A DNA stretch of 64,000 nt, from assembly GCA_030837545.1 (NCBI GenBank), contig JAUPKI010000006.1, positions 4,665 through 68,664 on the forward strand. The letters are read 5' to 3'. The notes below the pieces were generated by a model that saw only the letters and a program-made list of their open reading frames with translations, did not search any database and was not told the origin of the DNA. The DNA comes from Thermodesulfobacteriota bacterium (lineage in GTDB: Bacteria; Desulfobacterota; DSM-4660; Desulfatiglandales; Desulfatiglandaceae). A program made the position numbers and the translations under genes. This document shows positions 57,266 through 64,000 of this stretch, one piece after another. Every line of letters begins with the position of its first letter. Positions within the stretch are counted from its first letter, which is position 1.

Positions 57266-58099
57266 ATGCAGTGGAAACAGTTCATTACGCCCGTGGCCAG
57301 TCTGGATGCAGATGCGGCCAGGGCATTTATAGGCGACCATAAGGAAGGGACCTATACCCTTCTCGATGTTCGACAACCCGGGGAGTACGAAAAAGCCCGG
57401 ATCCCCGGGGCCAGACTGGTGCCTCTGCCCGAACTCGCTGATCGGCTCGAGGAACTGGACCCGGACCGGCCTGTCATCGCCTACTGAGCGGCCGGCGGCC
57501 GCAGCCGTGCTGCTGCGCAGCTTCTTGCCGGCAAGGGCTTCAGGGAGGTCTACAACCTCAAGGGGGGCATCAGGGCCTGGAACGGTCTGACAGCAGTGGG
57601 GCCTGCCGAGATGGGGATGCCTTTCCTAAGAGGCGATGAGACCACGCAGGAGATCATCGTCCTCGCATACGGGATGGAAGAGGGATTGAGAGGCTTTTAC
57701 ACCGCTGTCAGCGAACGGACAGATGACCCGGATGTGGCCGGCCTTGCCGATAAGCTGTCGGAGATAGAGGAACGCCACAAGGAACGTCTCTTCGCCCTCT
57801 ACGTGTCCATGCATTCCACCATTGCCCTTCGAGAGACCTTTGAATCCGATATTGTGACCGGGATCATGGAAGGTGGTTTCACCACAGAGGAGTTTATGGA
57901 TCATAACAGGGATGCCATGACGACCGTGCCCGATCTCCTCAGTATCGCCATGATGCTGGAGACCCAGGCCCTGGACCTCTACATGAGATACTCTGAAAAG
58001 ATCCAGGACGCGCCTGGTAAGGGCGTGCTCTATGATCTGGCAGAGGAAGAAAAGGGGCATCTGACCCGCTTGGGCCGCTTGATGGAAAAAAAGGTCTGA
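57266..58099 (+). CDS. candidate selenoprotein: rhodanese domain (TGA at the catalytic-Cys position, 57485..57487) fused to a diiron ferritin-like/rubrerythrin-like domain
   Basis: Track ORFs 57266..57487 and 57596..58099 share one frame with only this TGA between them. Read-through gives ...DRPVIAY-U-AAGGRSRAAAQLLAGKGFREVYNLKGGIRAWNG... followed by E / ExxH / E / ExxH helices. A SECIS-like hairpin follows the TGA. Confidence 0.65.
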
Positions 58100-58689
58100 T
58101 GGCAACCTATACCGGCATCAATCATCTGGCCCTGGCCACCCGAGACATGGATATGACGATCCGTTTCTGGCGGGACCTACTCGGCATGCGGCTGGTGGCA
58201 GGGCTTGGACGGCCGGGATACCGGCATTACTTCTTTGAGATATCGGGCCATGATATGATCGCCTTCTTCGAGTGGCCCGATTGCGAAAAAATCCCTGAAA
58301 AGGATCATGGGGTCCCTGCCAAGGGTCCCTTTGCATTCGACCACGTCTCATTTGAGGTGAAGACGGATGAAGACCTGTGGGAATTGAAGGCGAAGTTTGA
58401 GGCCGCCGACATCTGGGTCTCCGAGGTGATGGATCACGGTTTCATCCATTCCATCTATGCCTTTGATCCCAACCATATTCCGATTGAGTTCAGCGTCCCG
58501 GTGCCGGGCGTGGACATCCGGAACCATCCAAAAATGAAGGACAGAGGACCGACGACCCTGTCCCGGGAAGGGCCTGACCCCCAACCCGGCATCTGGCCGA
58601 CAGGACCGGGGGCGGCGCCGCTCGAAGACCGCAGGGTCTATCCTGGCGAGGGGATGGTCCTGGTCGAAAATGATGAGGATGAATCCTGA
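58099..58689 (+). CDS. VOC (glyoxalase/bleomycin resistance/dioxygenase) family protein
   Basis: 196 aa. Starts INHLALATRDMDMTIRFWRDLLGMRL, with a paired beta-alpha-beta-beta-beta module pattern. ATGA-type overlap with the upstream gene. Confidence 0.85.
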   Translation: MATYTGINHLALATRDMDMTIRFWRDLLGMRLVAGLGRPGYRHYFFEISGHDMIAFFEWPDCEKIPEKDHGVPAKGPFAFDHVSFEVKTDEDLWELKAKFEAADIWVSEVMDHGFIHSIYAFDPNHIPIEFSVPVPGVDIRNHPKMKDRGPTTLSREGPDPQPGIWPTGPGAAPLEDRRVYPGEGMVLVENDEDES

Positions 58690-58704
58690 CGGCGGCAGGC
58701 TGGC

Positions 58705-59484
58705 ATGGCGTCCGTGAAACAGGCCCCGAGGTCAAGATTGAAAACCAGCGCTGCAGATTCCTCGACATTCAGTGGCCGTCAACTGAAAACCAGGGTCCGC
58801 GACATCCTGACCTCCCTGGAGATGGCACGGGCACTGGATGCCTTAGGTCAGATGCCTCCCCGTCGGGTGATCAATCCCCTGTTTTCCCTCCTCTACCAGG
58901 GGGATGACCCGCTCAGGTGGGCCGCCATTACGGCCATGGGCCGAGTCGTGGCGCGGCTTGCCGATGAAGACAGGGAGGCGGCCAGGGTCGTCATGCGACG
59001 GCTCATGTGGAACCTCAACGACGAATCCGGGGGAATCGGATGGGGGTCGCCAGAGGCCATGGGGGAGATTCTGGCCTGCCACGAGGGCCTTGCCGAAGAA
59101 TATGCCCCTATACTGATATCCTACGCAAGGGAGGACGGCAATTATCTGGAATACGAGATGCTTCAGCGGGGCCTCCTCTGGGGGATTGCGCGGCTTGCCC
59201 AGGCAAGGCCCCGCTTGGTTCAGGATGCGGTCCCGCATTTGATGGCCTGCCTTAAATCCGGAGACCCGGTTGTCAGGGGGATGGCTGCATCCGTCATGGG
59301 CCTGCTCGAGGCCCAGGCGGCCCGCAAGGCACTTGAGCTATTGACGGCGGACGATGCCGAATTTCAAACATGGGCGGGTTACAGGCATGTCAAACGACGG
59401 GTGAAGGATATGGCGAAGACGGCGATCGAGAGGCTGTCAGCTTCAGAGAGTAACGGGTCAAACAGGGAAGGAGGGTTATCATGA
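58705..59484 (+). CDS. HEAT-repeat-like helical protein of unknown function
   Basis: 259 aa. All-helical repeats (DPLRWAAITAMGRV, DPVVRGMAASVMGLL). Confidence 0.65.
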   Translation: MASVKQAPRSRLKTSAADSSTFSGRQLKTRVRDILTSLEMARALDALGQMPPRRVINPLFSLLYQGDDPLRWAAITAMGRVVARLADEDREAARVVMRRLMWNLNDESGGIGWGSPEAMGEILACHEGLAEEYAPILISYAREDGNYLEYEMLQRGLLWGIARLAQARPRLVQDAVPHLMACLKSGDPVVRGMAASVMGLLEAQAARKALELLTADDAEFQTWAGYRHVKRRVKDMAKTAIERLSASESNGSNREGGLS

Positions 59485-59990
59485 ATGTACGGTATGCCAA
59501 TCCCTACGTCATCGGCGTGCTGCTGGGGTTTATCCTGTTGTTTTCCTTTTACACCATGGGCAGAGGGGTCGGCTCCTCCGAAACCTTTTCCAGGATTGCA
59601 GCCGCGGGGGTCGATCTGACGGCCCCGCAGCACGCAGAGGAGGGGCACTATTTTTCGAAGTACCTATCCAAAAAGCGTTCTCCTCTCATGGCTTGGCTGG
59701 TTTTTCTGACTTTAGGGGCAGGACTCGGGGGCCTGTTTTCGGCCTTTATCTCCCATAGAATCAAGGGAGAGGTGGTGCGGGGACCTTTGATGGGAGTCTC
59801 TTCCCGCTTGTGGCTTGCACTGCTCGGCGGAATACTCTCCGGGTTTGCCGCCAGGCTGGCCAGGGGGTGCACCAGCGGACAGGCCCTGACCGGGGCATCC
59901 GAGCTGGCCTTCGGGAGCTGGGTCTTCATGTTCTCCATCTTTGCCGGGGCATACGCGACGGCATACTTCTTCAGAAAGGAGTGGCTGTGA
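59481..59990 (+). CDS. YeeE/YedE family sulfur(/selenium)-compound transporter component
   Basis: 169-aa membrane protein with the conserved motif LARGCTSGQALTG. 4-nt overlap with the upstream gene. Confidence 0.85.
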   Translation: MNVRYANPYVIGVLLGFILLFSFYTMGRGVGSSETFSRIAAAGVDLTAPQHAEEGHYFSKYLSKKRSPLMAWLVFLTLGAGLGGLFSAFISHRIKGEVVRGPLMGVSSRLWLALLGGILSGFAARLARGCTSGQALTGASELAFGSWVFMFSIFAGAYATAYFFRKEWL

Positions 59991-60799
59991 TGGGACCGTT
60001 GTATAAGTTCGGATGGTTTGACTTTGCCTACAGCCTGCAGATCGCAGGACTCATCGGCTTCTTTTTCGGATTTGTCCTGGAAAGGGCCGGGTTTGGAGAT
60101 GCAAGGAAGCTGACGGCCATCTTTTATCTGAGAGACTTTGCCGTACTAAAGGTCATGTTCACCGCCATTGTGGTGTGCATGATAGGCCTTTTATATTTTT
60201 CCGTCTTCGGGTGGATCGATCTCAGCCGAGTCTATATCCTCCCCACCTACATCTGGCCGCAGACCGTGGGCGGCCTTGTCATGGGCGTCGGGTTTGTCAT
60301 GGGAGGATACTGCCCCACCACCTCCGTGGTGGCCACGGTCTCGGCCAAGCTGGACGGTCTCGTCTTTATCGGGGGGATGATCCTGGGCTCATTCATCTTT
60401 GCTGAACTCTTCCCCCTGCTCAAGGGCTTCTATGAAGCTGGTTCCATGGGCGCTGTCCGGCTTTCGGATGTCCTGAAGATCAACGCCGGGCTGATCGCCC
60501 TCTTCGTATGCCTGATGGCGGTTGGGGCCTACTGGGTCGTTGAAAAGGTGGAACAGAGGTTTGGAGACAGGGGGACCCTTCCAGGCGGTTCCAGAAGGAT
60601 CAAGGGGGCGGCCGCCGCCCTCCTCATCGTCCTTGGCCTGATTCTGGCTATTGTCAATCCGGACCGGATTGCTGCCAAACGGGCGACGGCGTCGCCGGTT
60701 GAAGCGGTGAAAAAGGGTGAAGCCACGGAGCCCATAGCCCCTAAAGCAGAAAAACCCGCCTCAATCCATTTCAAGATTGTGGAAGATGAAGGATGCTGA
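59990..60799 (+). CDS. YeeE/YedE family transporter component (second half-size paralogue) with extended C-terminal tail
   Basis: About 269 aa from MGPLYKF (TGATG overlap with the previous gene). Motif MGGYCPTTS. The track ORF start at 59810 lies inside the previous gene. Confidence 0.85.
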   Translation: MGPLYKFGWFDFAYSLQIAGLIGFFFGFVLERAGFGDARKLTAIFYLRDFAVLKVMFTAIVVCMIGLLYFSVFGWIDLSRVYILPTYIWPQTVGGLVMGVGFVMGGYCPTTSVVATVSAKLDGLVFIGGMILGSFIFAELFPLLKGFYEAGSMGAVRLSDVLKINAGLIALFVCLMAVGAYWVVEKVEQRFGDRGTLPGGSRRIKGAAAALLIVLGLILAIVNPDRIAAKRATASPVEAVKKGEATEPIAPKAEKPASIHFKIVEDEGC

Positions 60800-60976
60800 T
60801 GTGTCGATATTGCCCGCAGACATGCGATTTCCTGACGCTTGGGCGTCACAAGATAATGACCTCATCAGGAGTGTTTCCATTCAACGGTCTCGATTTACGG
60901 GTTTTTTCAAATTGTCAGCGATCGCCTGCTATTTTGTGCACGACTTTTGCGTGCAAAATTTTTTTAAAGAGGCTCA

Positions 60977-61005
60977 TTGACTTCGCCGATATTATGAATT
61001 ATATT
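60977..61005 (+). promoter_or_regulatory. near-consensus sigma-70 promoter (TTGACT-N17-TATATT)
   Basis: Read directly: -35 at 60977..60982 and -10 at 61000..61005, with exactly 17 nt between them. Confidence 0.5.
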
Positions 61006-61011
61006 TAAGGC

Positions 61012-61356
61012 AACTGGTCGGGTGTGTGAAGCGCCAACAAACAACTTTAACACACGATTATAAACCATGAGACGGCCCACGGCCTCCAAAGGTTATATTT
61101 AAAAAAGAAAGTTGAGACGGCGCTTGACCCCCACAGGATTCTCGGATGAACGTGCATCTTTTCGGTTCGCAATCTTCAAGCACAGAAATAAAGCGATTGC
61201 ATCAGTGAAAACAACGGCATTTCGGGAATCCATTTAATCATGATGGCGGCCTGGTAACCAGCAGACCAACCCCTTGACGAAACCCAAATATCTTTCCATA
61301 ATCGAAACCCCTTATCCAAGGCAGGGCCTTCCTTCGGGCCCTGCCTTTCTTTTTCT
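61012..61356 (+). ncRNA. candidate unclassified non-coding transcript (about 345 nt) between a strong promoter and an intrinsic terminator
   Basis: No + strand ORF of 60 aa or more; only mini-ORFs of 5-15 codons. AT-rich relative to the rest of the window. No signature of a known RNA family recognised. Confidence 0.3.
61318..61356 (+). terminator. Rho-independent terminator
   Basis: Perfect 9-bp GC-rich stem GGCAGGGCC (61320..61328) / GGCCCTGCC (61337..61345), 8-nt loop, then TTTCTTTTTCT. Confidence 0.75.
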
Positions 61357-61724
61357 GCAACGTCCATATCCGGTCAGCAAACACCCCATCCGGCGCATCT
61401 GGGCTTCTTTATCTCGAGGGCTGTCGCTCTGCCAGAAAACAACGTGAATCGTCATTGCATATGGTCCTGTTCCCCACACCTGAAACGGCCTGTTGCCTAT
61501 CCTGGGCATTTTGGTTATACTCTCTACCATTCACAATCAGGGAAGATACCCATGCGGTTGATTTTCTCTCCTGGGGTTTGAACCCTTCGCCCATACATAC
61601 TTGTATTGGCAGCATCGGTCATTCTGAACGGCAATCATTCCCGGTGGGTCAGGAGGATATGAGGTGGACATGGGGTAGCCCTCATCGTCTGGAACGAGGT
61701 AGGATAACCCTACAGGAAGGTTCC

Positions 61725-61877
61725 ATGAACCTGGCCCAACTGATGATCGACATCGACATCCGTCGGCCGGAGCATCCGGCTGTCATCTTCGGCGGTCGAC
61801 AGGCGAGCTATTCGGATCCGGACCCGCGCATCGATGCGCTGGCCTGGGGACTCGAGGTACGATTTCACTTTCGTTGA
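61725..61877 (+). pseudogene. N-terminal remnant of an AMP-dependent synthetase/ligase (50 codons)
   Basis: AGGAAGG RBS, then MNLAQLMIDIDIRRPEHPAVIFGGRQASYSDPDPRIDALAWGLE... This resembles the usual start of acyl-CoA ligases (PxxPAxIFxxxxxSYxxLxxRxxxLAxGL) but stops after 50 codons, about 90 bp before the inverted-repeat element. Confidence 0.35.
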
Positions 61878-61966
61878 TGCAGGGGTTCGAAAATCAGACA
61901 GAACCGGGTTTGCGATTGACACCCCAGGCTGAGTTCCTTATACCTGTGCCATCAATTATGGTAAGA

Positions 61967-62213
61967 GTTCACAGGTTCGGGTTCAACGTTTCCCGCTGCA
62001 AAGCGGGATTAGGGGCAAGAGCATTATTAAAGACCCGAATCGCAGGCAACGGGGTGCTGCGTTGTTAACATACGTCCGTTCGGCAACCTATTTGCTGGTT
62101 CGAAGTGATGAATCCGGGGCCGCTTATGGCATAAAGGCCTCCAAAATGGGATCAGGGGACCCAGAATGCAACCTTGAATCCCGCTGCAGCGGGAAACCTT
62201 TGAACCCGTGAAC
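61967..62213. mobile_element. MITE-like non-autonomous element with about 40-bp imperfect terminal inverted repeats
   Basis: Left arm gttcacaggttcgggttcaacgtttcccgctgcaaagcgggatt (61967..62010). Right arm aatcccgctgcagcgggaaacctttgaacccgtgaac (62177..62213), which is its reverse complement apart from small indels. No ORF in the 166-bp interior. Confidence 0.45.
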
Positions 62214-62228
62214 GGGTACGGATATTCA

Positions 62229-62810
62229 ATGAAATTTGTCATGGCCCTATCTTTTTTTGTTGTCATTTTGGCCAGTTGTGTCGGAGGGGCCGACGCTCTG
62301 TCTGACAGACCGCAGGTGGTCATCGAGACGTCAAAGGGGAGCATAGAGCTTGAACTCTATTCAGATGAGGCGCCCAAGACGGTCGCTAATTTTCTGAACT
62401 ATGCGCGATGGGGCCATTATGACGGGACCGTCTTTCATCGGGTCATTCCCGACTTCATGATCCAGGGAGGTGGGTTTACGCCTGAGATGAAACAGAAACT
62501 CACCGAGATGCCCATTGAAAACGAGGCCGACAACGCGCTTAAGAATGACCGGGGAACCGTGGCCATGGCGCGGACCCAGGACCCTCACAGTGCGAGCGCC
62601 CAGTTTTTCATCAACACCAAGGACAATACCTCCCTGAACCACAAGAGCAAGACTCCCGAGGGGTGGGGGTATACGGTTTTCGGGAAAGTAATCAAGGGGA
62701 TGGATGTGGTGGATGCCATCTCGAAGGTAGAGACCGGCGCCCGAGGATCCATGGAGAATGTCCCGATCGAACCGGTGGTCATCACCAAGGTGACGGTTAA
62801 AGAACAGTGA
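62229..62810 (+). CDS. ppiA: periplasmic cyclophilin-type peptidyl-prolyl cis-trans isomerase
   Basis: About 193 aa from MKFVMALSFFVVILASCVGGADA (signal peptide). Contains FHRVIPDFMIQGGG and GYTVFGKV. Confidence 0.92.
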   Translation: MKFVMALSFFVVILASCVGGADALSDRPQVVIETSKGSIELELYSDEAPKTVANFLNYARWGHYDGTVFHRVIPDFMIQGGGFTPEMKQKLTEMPIENEADNALKNDRGTVAMARTQDPHSASAQFFINTKDNTSLNHKSKTPEGWGYTVFGKVIKGMDVVDAISKVETGARGSMENVPIEPVVITKVTVKEQ

Positions 62811-63610
62811 AAGGCCTGCGGACGGTGATCGAACAGGATGCTGAAATTGCGGTTAACCAGCGTGCCGCTGCGGGCACGTATCTGATGGGCCTTCGGTCGC
62901 CCGAGATCGCGGCAGAGGCCCGGCCGGGGCAGTTTGTCATGATCCGGATGAGACAGGGCATGGACCCGCTGTTAAGAAGGCCCTTTTCCATATGCGGTGT
63001 CCGGGACGATCTCGTTTTTGTGCTGTACAGGGTGGTGGGCCGGGGGACCCAGATCCTGTCAGATGCCAGGGAAGGCGACGCATTGGCGGTCCTGGGTCCT
63101 TTGGGGACCGGCTTCAGGTGGTCCAGCAAAGGATGTCCTTTTATCCTGGTGGCCGGGGGCATGGGGATGGCCCCGCTTCTGTTTCTGGCCGGATCCATGG
63201 CGGCGGAGCGCTATACCTTTTTTGCCGGATTTGGGTCTGCCGATCAGATGGTCGAACCGGATGCACTGGGGGTTCAGGGAATGGGGATCTCCATTGCCAC
63301 GGACGATGGGTCCGCAGGGCATCATGGCCTTGTCACTGAACTCCTTGAAAACCATTTAACAGGTCTGACTGGGAACCCGGGAATTGTCTTTGCCTGTGGT
63401 CCGGTACCCATGCTGAAGGCCGTTGCGGCAATAACGCATCGGAGAAATATTCCCTGCCAGGTCTCTCTGGAGGCGGCCATGGCCTGCGGGCTGGGGGCAT
63501 GTCAGGGGTGTGCGGTGAGGGCCTCATCTGGACAGGGTCGGACCTACTGGCATGTGTGTCAAGACGGGCCGGTCTTTGACGTGATGGGTGTGGACTGGGG
63601 GGCGCTCTAA
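62807..63610 (+). CDS. pyrK: dihydroorotate dehydrogenase (class 1B) electron-transfer subunit
   Basis: 267 aa. FAD/NAD-binding ferredoxin-reductase fold (RRPFSIC) and a C-terminal 2Fe-2S Cys cluster CGLGACQGCAV...C. Confidence 0.9.
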   Translation: MKGLRTVIEQDAEIAVNQRAAAGTYLMGLRSPEIAAEARPGQFVMIRMRQGMDPLLRRPFSICGVRDDLVFVLYRVVGRGTQILSDAREGDALAVLGPLGTGFRWSSKGCPFILVAGGMGMAPLLFLAGSMAAERYTFFAGFGSADQMVEPDALGVQGMGISIATDDGSAGHHGLVTELLENHLTGLTGNPGIVFACGPVPMLKAVAAITHRRNIPCQVSLEAAMACGLGACQGCAVRASSGQGRTYWHVCQDGPVFDVMGVDWGAL

Positions 63611-64000
63611 ATGGCGGAGCATCCGGACTTGAGGGTCAGCATCGGTCCTCTGAACCTAAAAAATCCCGTCCTGACGGCATCCGGGACCTTCGGGTATGGC
63701 CGGGAGTTTTCCTCCCTGATGGATCTGAACCGGTTGGGCGGGATCGTGGTCAAAGGGGTTTCCCTCCACCCGCGGGAGGGGAATTCGCCTCCCCGGATCG
63801 TGGAAACGCCGTGCGGCATGCTGAATGCCATCGGCCTGGCCAATGTGGGCCTGGAGGCTTTCCTGAATGAGAAACTTCCCTGGCTCAGAAAGCTGGATAC
63901 GGCCGTCATTGTCAATATCTATGGACATTCTGTGGAGGAATACGGGGCCGTGGCGGCCGGGCTTCGAGGGGCCGAGGGCGTATCCGCCATCGAGGTCAAC
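63611..64000 (+). CDS. pyrD: dihydroorotate dehydrogenase catalytic subunit (partial, runs off the window)
   Basis: ATG at 63611 directly after the pyrK stop. My own translation gives [30 protein letters not shown]...NAIGLANVG, typical of PyrD class 1. Confidence 0.9.
   Translation, partial: MAEHPDLRVSIGPLNLKNPVLTASGTFGYGREFSSLMDLNRLGGIVVKGVSLHPREGNSPPRIVETPCGMLNAIGLANVGLEAFLNEKLPWLRKLDTAVIVNIYGHSVEEYGAVAAGLRGAEGVSAIEVN

Noticed and set aside
60785-60835. The YeeE/YedE paralogue ends ...EDEGC-TGA, and the frame continues as C-V-D-I-A-R-R-H-A-I-S-stop. This suggested a C-terminal Cys-Sec-Cys redox motif.
   Set aside because: The extension is only 11 codons with no recognisable domain. The nearby hairpin (GACGC-TTGG-GCGTC at 60834..60847) is too far away and is not SECIS-like. 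An ordinary stop is the simpler reading.
61012-61356. Tried to read the ORF-free transcript as tmRNA, RNase P RNA, 6S RNA or SRP RNA.
   Set aside because: It lacks a GGGG...CCA acceptor-like pairing and a tag ORF (tmRNA). It lacks the GGAAAGUCCGG and ACAGAA core motifs (RNase P). It lacks the SRP GGAA tetraloop helix. It is too long for 6S RNA. Left as unclassified.
61985-62200. The hairpin-containing 30-40 bp sequences GTTTCCCGCTGCAAAGCGGGATT and its partner resemble a CRISPR repeat (type I-E-like stem).
   Set aside because: Only two copies are present, and they are in inverted, not direct, orientation. No further repeats, leader or cas genes are in the window. A terminal-inverted-repeat (MITE-like) reading fits better.

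Overview
This is a 64-kb chromosomal window, GC-rich by eye, and almost fully coding. The gene content points to a strictly anaerobic Desulfobacterota or deltaproteobacterial-type organism: desulfoferrodoxin, rubrerythrin, a rubredoxin plus flavodiiron pair, a PxxKW Cys-rich protein and sigma-54 regulators. That taxonomic call is inference only.

Layout:
- 0-10.8 kb: housekeeping genes, xseB(partial)-ispA-dxs-tlyA, an HD-GYP protein, aspS, hisS, an ArsA-like ATPase and an MBL hydrolase. aspS is broken by a frameshift in a C8 homopolymer.
- 11-28.6 kb: an accessory-looking catabolic island. It holds an acyl-CoA dehydrogenase, a three-component corrinoid methyltransferase system, a rhodanese, a LivFGMH-K type ABC importer, aldehyde and aryl-alcohol-type dehydrogenases, a LuxR regulator, an acyl-CoA ligase and a GntR regulator.
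- 29-41.8 kb: a 1069-aa hybrid sensor kinase, panE, surE, a two-subunit class I fumarate hydratase, GAF and cNMP signalling proteins, an MFS transporter, an HTH-PBP regulator and a DUF374 protein.
- 41.9-53.6 kb: a PAS/sigma-54 enhancer-binding protein, upstream palindromes and a -24/-12 promoter. These are followed by about 10 kb of same-strand oxidative and nitrosative stress genes (rubredoxins, rubrerythrin, desulfoferrodoxin, flavodoxin, thioredoxin, glutaredoxin-like/FTR pair, Isf-ArsC fusion, flavodiiron protein, octaheme HAO-like cytochrome) interleaved with several unknown small Cys-rich proteins.
- 53.8-56.5 kb: ferredoxin-gnd-zwf.
- 56.6-60.8 kb: a putative sulfur/selenium handling cluster. 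It contains a rhodanese/diiron fusion whose catalytic Cys codon is an in-frame TGA followed by a SECIS-like hairpin.
- 60.8-62.2 kb: an AT-rich, ORF-poor region. It has an orphan promoter-to-terminator unit, a truncated ligase remnant and a MITE-like inverted-repeat element.
- 62.2-64 kb: ppiA-pyrK-pyrD(partial).

REP-like palindromes and unusual degenerate short tandem word repeats fill many intergenic gaps. One such repeat sits in-frame inside the sensor kinase gene. No rRNA, tRNA or CRISPR array was recognised.
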